Positions 60,370 through 64,000 of a stretch of DNA of 64,000 bases are shown here, piece by piece. Both the position numbers and the translations under genes were made by a program. Below the pieces are notes generated by a model. The model was given only the letters and a program-made list of their open reading frames with translations, was not told the DNA's origin and did not search any database. Source of the DNA: Spirochaetia bacterium (GTDB lineage: Bacteria > Spirochaetota > Spirochaetia > SZUA-6 > Bin103); the NCBI GenBank assembly GCA_965198005.1, contig CBDAOI010000004.1:1280001-1344000 (forward strand), in the 5' to 3' direction. Numbering within the stretch: position 1 is the first letter of the stretch; each line of letters opens with the position of its first letter.

Positions 60370-62184
60370 ATGTTTTTCGCAATGTTCAAGAAGTGCCTCG
60401 CGGTACTGATTGGCCTCGCCCTCACCGCAACCGGCCTCTGGGCCGCGGGCGCAGAAGAGGCGCCGGCCGCGGCTACGGAGAAGGAAACGGTGTTCGACCC
60501 CGCCACCGGCAGGACGTGGACCGCGCCGGAGTATGGCGGCACCCTCACGTGGGCCGCCAAGGTCTTTCCTCCGGGTATCGACCCCTGGTTCAATAGTGGC
60601 TGGGCGCAACACCTCATCGGGGGTGTCAATGAGAGGCTCGCCTTCGCCGACTGGGGACTATCCAGGGATATATGGCGCGGTGAATTGTACCAGGTGGTGA
60701 CCCCGGAGATGAGCAGAGGGTCGCTGGCTGAAAGCTGGTCGATGCCCGACGACACGACGTTCATCTTCAACATCCGCCAGGGCGTCAACTGGGACAACAA
60801 GGCGCCGGTGAACGGCCGTGAGTTCGATGCCTCCGACGTCGAATGGAACTATCACCGCTTTTTGGGTCTGGGCGACTTCACCGAAGACGGACCTAGCGCC
60901 GGTGTGGGTGGTATCGCCTGGGGTATGGAGATCGAATCGGTAACGGCTACCGACCAATGGACGATTGAGATCAAGCTGGCGAAGCCTACCCTCGATGTGC
61001 TGGGTAAAATGACCAACAACTACTTTATCGTGTTACCTCGCGAAGTAATCGAGACACACGGCGACGCCAAGGACTGGAAGAACGTGGTCGGCACCGGCCC
61101 CTTGAGAATCACTGATTTCGTGGAGGGCAGCTCGGCAACCTGGGTGAAGAATCCTGACTACTGGGGCGTCGACGAAAAATTCGGCAACCGCCTGCCCTAT
61201 ATTGACGAGTACAGGTCGCTGCTGATGCCAGACAGTTCAACCCGTCTGGCGGCACTGCGCACCGGTAAGCTTGATATGATGAGTAACGTCGGCGACGCCT
61301 ATATAACCTCTGTCGACGATGCAGCGACCCTCCAGCAGACCAATCCTGAAATAGAGTTCTGGCCCATTTTTAGCCGGCCAAGTGGCACGTTCTATTTTAA
61401 CCAGTCTCTGCCGGTCATGCAGGACGTCAATGTGCGCAAGGCACTACAGATGGCAGTGGACCGCGAGACCATCAACGCTACCTACAACAAGGGTCTGGGC
61501 GATCCATCACCCTACGGGTTGGTTGGGCAATTCACGCCAGAGTATAGCTGGCCATATGACGACTGGCCCGACGAGGTCAAACATGAGTATGAGTATCACC
61601 CGGAAGAAGCAGAAGCGTTGCTTGATGCGGCTGGATATCCGCGTGGCGCCGACGGCTATAGATTCACGATCACGCTAGGCCATTTCGATAGGTGGGATGA
61701 GACCTATCCGGAACTGGTCATTGGGTACTTCGACGCTATTGGTGTGAAAGGCGAGCTCGATGTGTTCGGTACAGCTGAAATAGGAGCTGCCTTGAAGGCG
61801 GACACGCTCGAGTACGGGTTGTTGTCTTCTTATTATGGATACTTCGGCGGCCCCGGCTTGATCGGATACACTTTTGGAGCGGTAACCAAACTGCTTGGTG
61901 GCTCCAGCGCCAACAAGATGAATGACCCGCGCATGGACGCCCTGTATCTTGCCGCGATAGAAGCTACCGACATCGAGGAGTTCAAGAGGATTCAGAGACA
62001 GTCCGATGAGCTCTGTGTAAGGGAGCACTGTGGGCTAGTCAAATCCAACATCCCGAATCATTTCGTGAACCAGCCGTGGGTTCAGGGTTATTTCGGTGAA
62101 GCAGGTATGGGATGGGGTGAACGTATGACCCACCTGGCCCGCCTCTGGATTGATAGTGAGCTGAAGGAAGAAATGGGGAATTAG
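60370..62184 (+). CDS. ABC substrate-binding protein, family 5 (SBP6)
   Basis: Full motif set; SD AAGGAG. Confidence 0.95.
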   Translation: MFFAMFKKCLAVLIGLALTATGLWAAGAEEAPAAATEKETVFDPATGRTWTAPEYGGTLTWAAKVFPPGIDPWFNSGWAQHLIGGVNERLAFADWGLSRDIWRGELYQVVTPEMSRGSLAESWSMPDDTTFIFNIRQGVNWDNKAPVNGREFDASDVEWNYHRFLGLGDFTEDGPSAGVGGIAWGMEIESVTATDQWTIEIKLAKPTLDVLGKMTNNYFIVLPREVIETHGDAKDWKNVVGTGPLRITDFVEGSSATWVKNPDYWGVDEKFGNRLPYIDEYRSLLMPDSSTRLAALRTGKLDMMSNVGDAYITSVDDAATLQQTNPEIEFWPIFSRPSGTFYFNQSLPVMQDVNVRKALQMAVDRETINATYNKGLGDPSPYGLVGQFTPEYSWPYDDWPDEVKHEYEYHPEEAEALLDAAGYPRGADGYRFTITLGHFDRWDETYPELVIGYFDAIGVKGELDVFGTAEIGAALKADTLEYGLLSSYYGYFGGPGLIGYTFGAVTKLLGGSSANKMNDPRMDALYLAAIEATDIEEFKRIQRQSDELCVREHCGLVKSNIPNHFVNQPWVQGYFGEAGMGWGERMTHLARLWIDSELKEEMGN

Positions 62185-62257
62185 TGATGCATAAGGGAGC
62201 CGGGAGGCTGGCGCTTGCGAGCGCGCTTCCCAGCTCCCATACTCGGGGCAACGACCC

Positions 62258-63223
62258 ATGAGAGCCTATCTCATCAGACGGTTGTTGCTGATAATCCCCA
62301 CCTTGTGGATCTTGACCATCATCGTCTTTCTCGCGGTCCGCTTCCTCCCTGGCGACGTAGTAGACGCAATGGTGGCTGAGATGGAATCATGGTCTGCCGC
62401 GGGTGGTGCTATAGACCGTGAAGCTCTTGAACGCATGCTGGGATTGGACGTGCCTGTGCCCGTGCAGTATGGACGCTGGATGGGAGGTATTCTCCTGCGC
62501 GGCACCTTTGGTGAGTCACTGACTGGTCATTGGGCGATAGAGGAGAGGATAATCGGAAGACTGCCAGTAACTCTTGAGCTTGGTTTCCTGGCAATCGCAA
62601 TCGGACTCGTCATCGCTTTGCCCGTCGGCATCTACTCGGCGATCCGCCAGGATACAGCCGCCGACTACGTGGGGCGGACGATTGCCGTCATCGGTATCGC
62701 AACGCCCAACTTCTGGCTGGGAATCATGGTCATGCTCTACCCGGCAATCTGGTGGGGCTGGTCGCCATCGGTGGAGCTGATCACCTTCAAGCAAGACCCG
62801 CTGGGAAATCTCGGGATGTTCCTCATTCCGTCCCTGATCCTGGGGACGGCCATGTCTGCCGCCACCATGCGGCTGACGCGCACCATGATGCTGGAGGTGC
62901 TCAGGCAGGACTATATCAGGACTGCCTGGTCCAAGGGGCTCAAGGAGAGGGTGATCATTATCAGACACGCCATCAAGAACGCGTTCATCCCGATACTTAC
63001 CCTGATCGGCATGCAGCTCCCTCTCCTGGTCGGAGGCTCGGTTATCCTGGAGGAGATATTCGTTCTTCCGGGGATAGGTCGCATGTTCGTGGCTGCGCTC
63101 AATGCAAGAGACTACCCGGTAGTATCCGCAATAAACCTGCTTTTGGCTTGCGTGGTGTTGCTCAGCTCTCTACTTATCGACATGCTCTATCCCTATTTGG
63201 ACCCTCGGATTCGCTATAAGTGA
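62258..63223 (+). CDS. OppB/DppB-like ABC permease
   Basis: Full motif set. Confidence 0.95.
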   Translation: MRAYLIRRLLLIIPTLWILTIIVFLAVRFLPGDVVDAMVAEMESWSAAGGAIDREALERMLGLDVPVPVQYGRWMGGILLRGTFGESLTGHWAIEERIIGRLPVTLELGFLAIAIGLVIALPVGIYSAIRQDTAADYVGRTIAVIGIATPNFWLGIMVMLYPAIWWGWSPSVELITFKQDPLGNLGMFLIPSLILGTAMSAATMRLTRTMMLEVLRQDYIRTAWSKGLKERVIIIRHAIKNAFIPILTLIGMQLPLLVGGSVILEEIFVLPGIGRMFVAALNARDYPVVSAINLLLACVVLLSSLLIDMLYPYLDPRIRYK

Positions 63224-64000
63224 TGCCACGCGTACACGCCGCTACAGTGAGTGAGCCAAGAAGACGTAGCGCGGTGGCCAGTTTCCTTATCAGGCTGGTC
63301 AAGGAGAAGCCATTCGGTTTTGCCAGCGGAATGGTCATATTGCTATTGATCCTGGTGGCTATCTTTGGCGGTGAATTATCCCCATATCCATATACCGAAC
63401 TACACCTGATAGACAGGCTGCAGGGCCCATCAGTCCGGTATCTGCTTGGTACCGACCAGGCGGGACGAGACCTGCTCAGCCGCCTTATCTTCGGGGCTCG
63501 TGTCTCCGTACTGGTCGGTCTGACAGTGACCACAATCAGCATATTCATCAGTACCGTCATCGGCGGCGTTTCAGGATTCGTTGGTGGTAAATTGGACCTG
63601 ATTGTACAGAGATTTGTCGATGCCTGGATGGCTTTCCCAGGATTGCTGCTATTGTTGACCCTAATGGCCATAGTGGGGAAGGGTCTATTGCAGATAATAC
63701 TGGTCATGGGGATATCAGGAGGCATAGGCGGCGCGAGAGTAATCAGAGCCGCTGTTATCGGTATCAAGGAGAATATCTATTTCGACGTGGCGGAGGCGGT
63801 TGGCTCGCCGAGATGGAGATCACTCATACGACATGTCGTGCCCAATATCACGCCGGTCATAATCATTTCATTCAGCACCAGTATCGGCGGCGTGATCATG
63901 GCTCTGGCTTCTCTGGGCTTCCTGGGATTCGGTCTGCCAGCCACCACTCCTGACTGGGGAGGTATGCTCAGCCGGGAAGGGCGCAAGTACATGGAGCAGG
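63223..64000 (+). CDS. OppC/DppC-like ABC permease, runs off the window end
   Basis: ATG overlaps the oppB stop; LGTDQAGRDLLSRLIFGAR, HVVPN, PDWGGMLSREG. Confidence 0.92.
   Translation, partial: MPRVHAATVSEPRRRSAVASFLIRLVKEKPFGFASGMVILLLILVAIFGGELSPYPYTELHLIDRLQGPSVRYLLGTDQAGRDLLSRLIFGARVSVLVGLTVTTISIFISTVIGGVSGFVGGKLDLIVQRFVDAWMAFPGLLLLLTLMAIVGKGLLQIILVMGISGGIGGARVIRAAVIGIKENIYFDVAEAVGSPRWRSLIRHVVPNITPVIIISFSTSIGGVIMALASLGFLGFGLPATTPDWGGMLSREGRKYMEQ

Noticed and set aside
1-64000. tRNA/rRNA genes, integron integrase, prophage genes
   Set aside because: None recognised by eye; a covariance-model or HMM scan was not possible

Overview
High-GC bacterial DNA dominated by a tandem expansion of peptide/nickel-family (family 5) ABC importer cassettes. 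There are five full-length substrate-binding protein (SBP) genes (one with a 3' frameshift), three SBP remnants, and many OppB/DppB- and OppC/DppC-like permease genes and stubs, but no ATPase subunit. The cassettes are separated by accessory cargo: toxin-antitoxin modules, Rpn-family and other PD-(D/E)XK nucleases, AAA ATPases, restriction-modification remnants, an IS with 18-bp TIRs and a 9-bp TSD, and an IS110 with a group II intron beside or inside it. A fatty-acyl/amide catabolic block lies at 51-60 kb. Four unexplained structures stand out. (1) A ~0.5-kb leader repeated before several SBP genes, with a variable poly-C tract, an indel-conserved reading frame, an SD-led 11-aa peptide (MILKEP[H/E]ARAA) and two competing hairpins: a candidate phase-variation/attenuation switch. 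(2) SBP and permease paralogues built from nucleotide-identical blocks and swapped variable segments: a candidate recombinational diversification system. (3) The oppC 3' end recurs as an att-like boundary around cargo. (4) Many genes are reduced to ordered fragments. Family assignments come from motif recognition only; no searches were run. Homopolymer-dependent claims could be affected by sequencing error.
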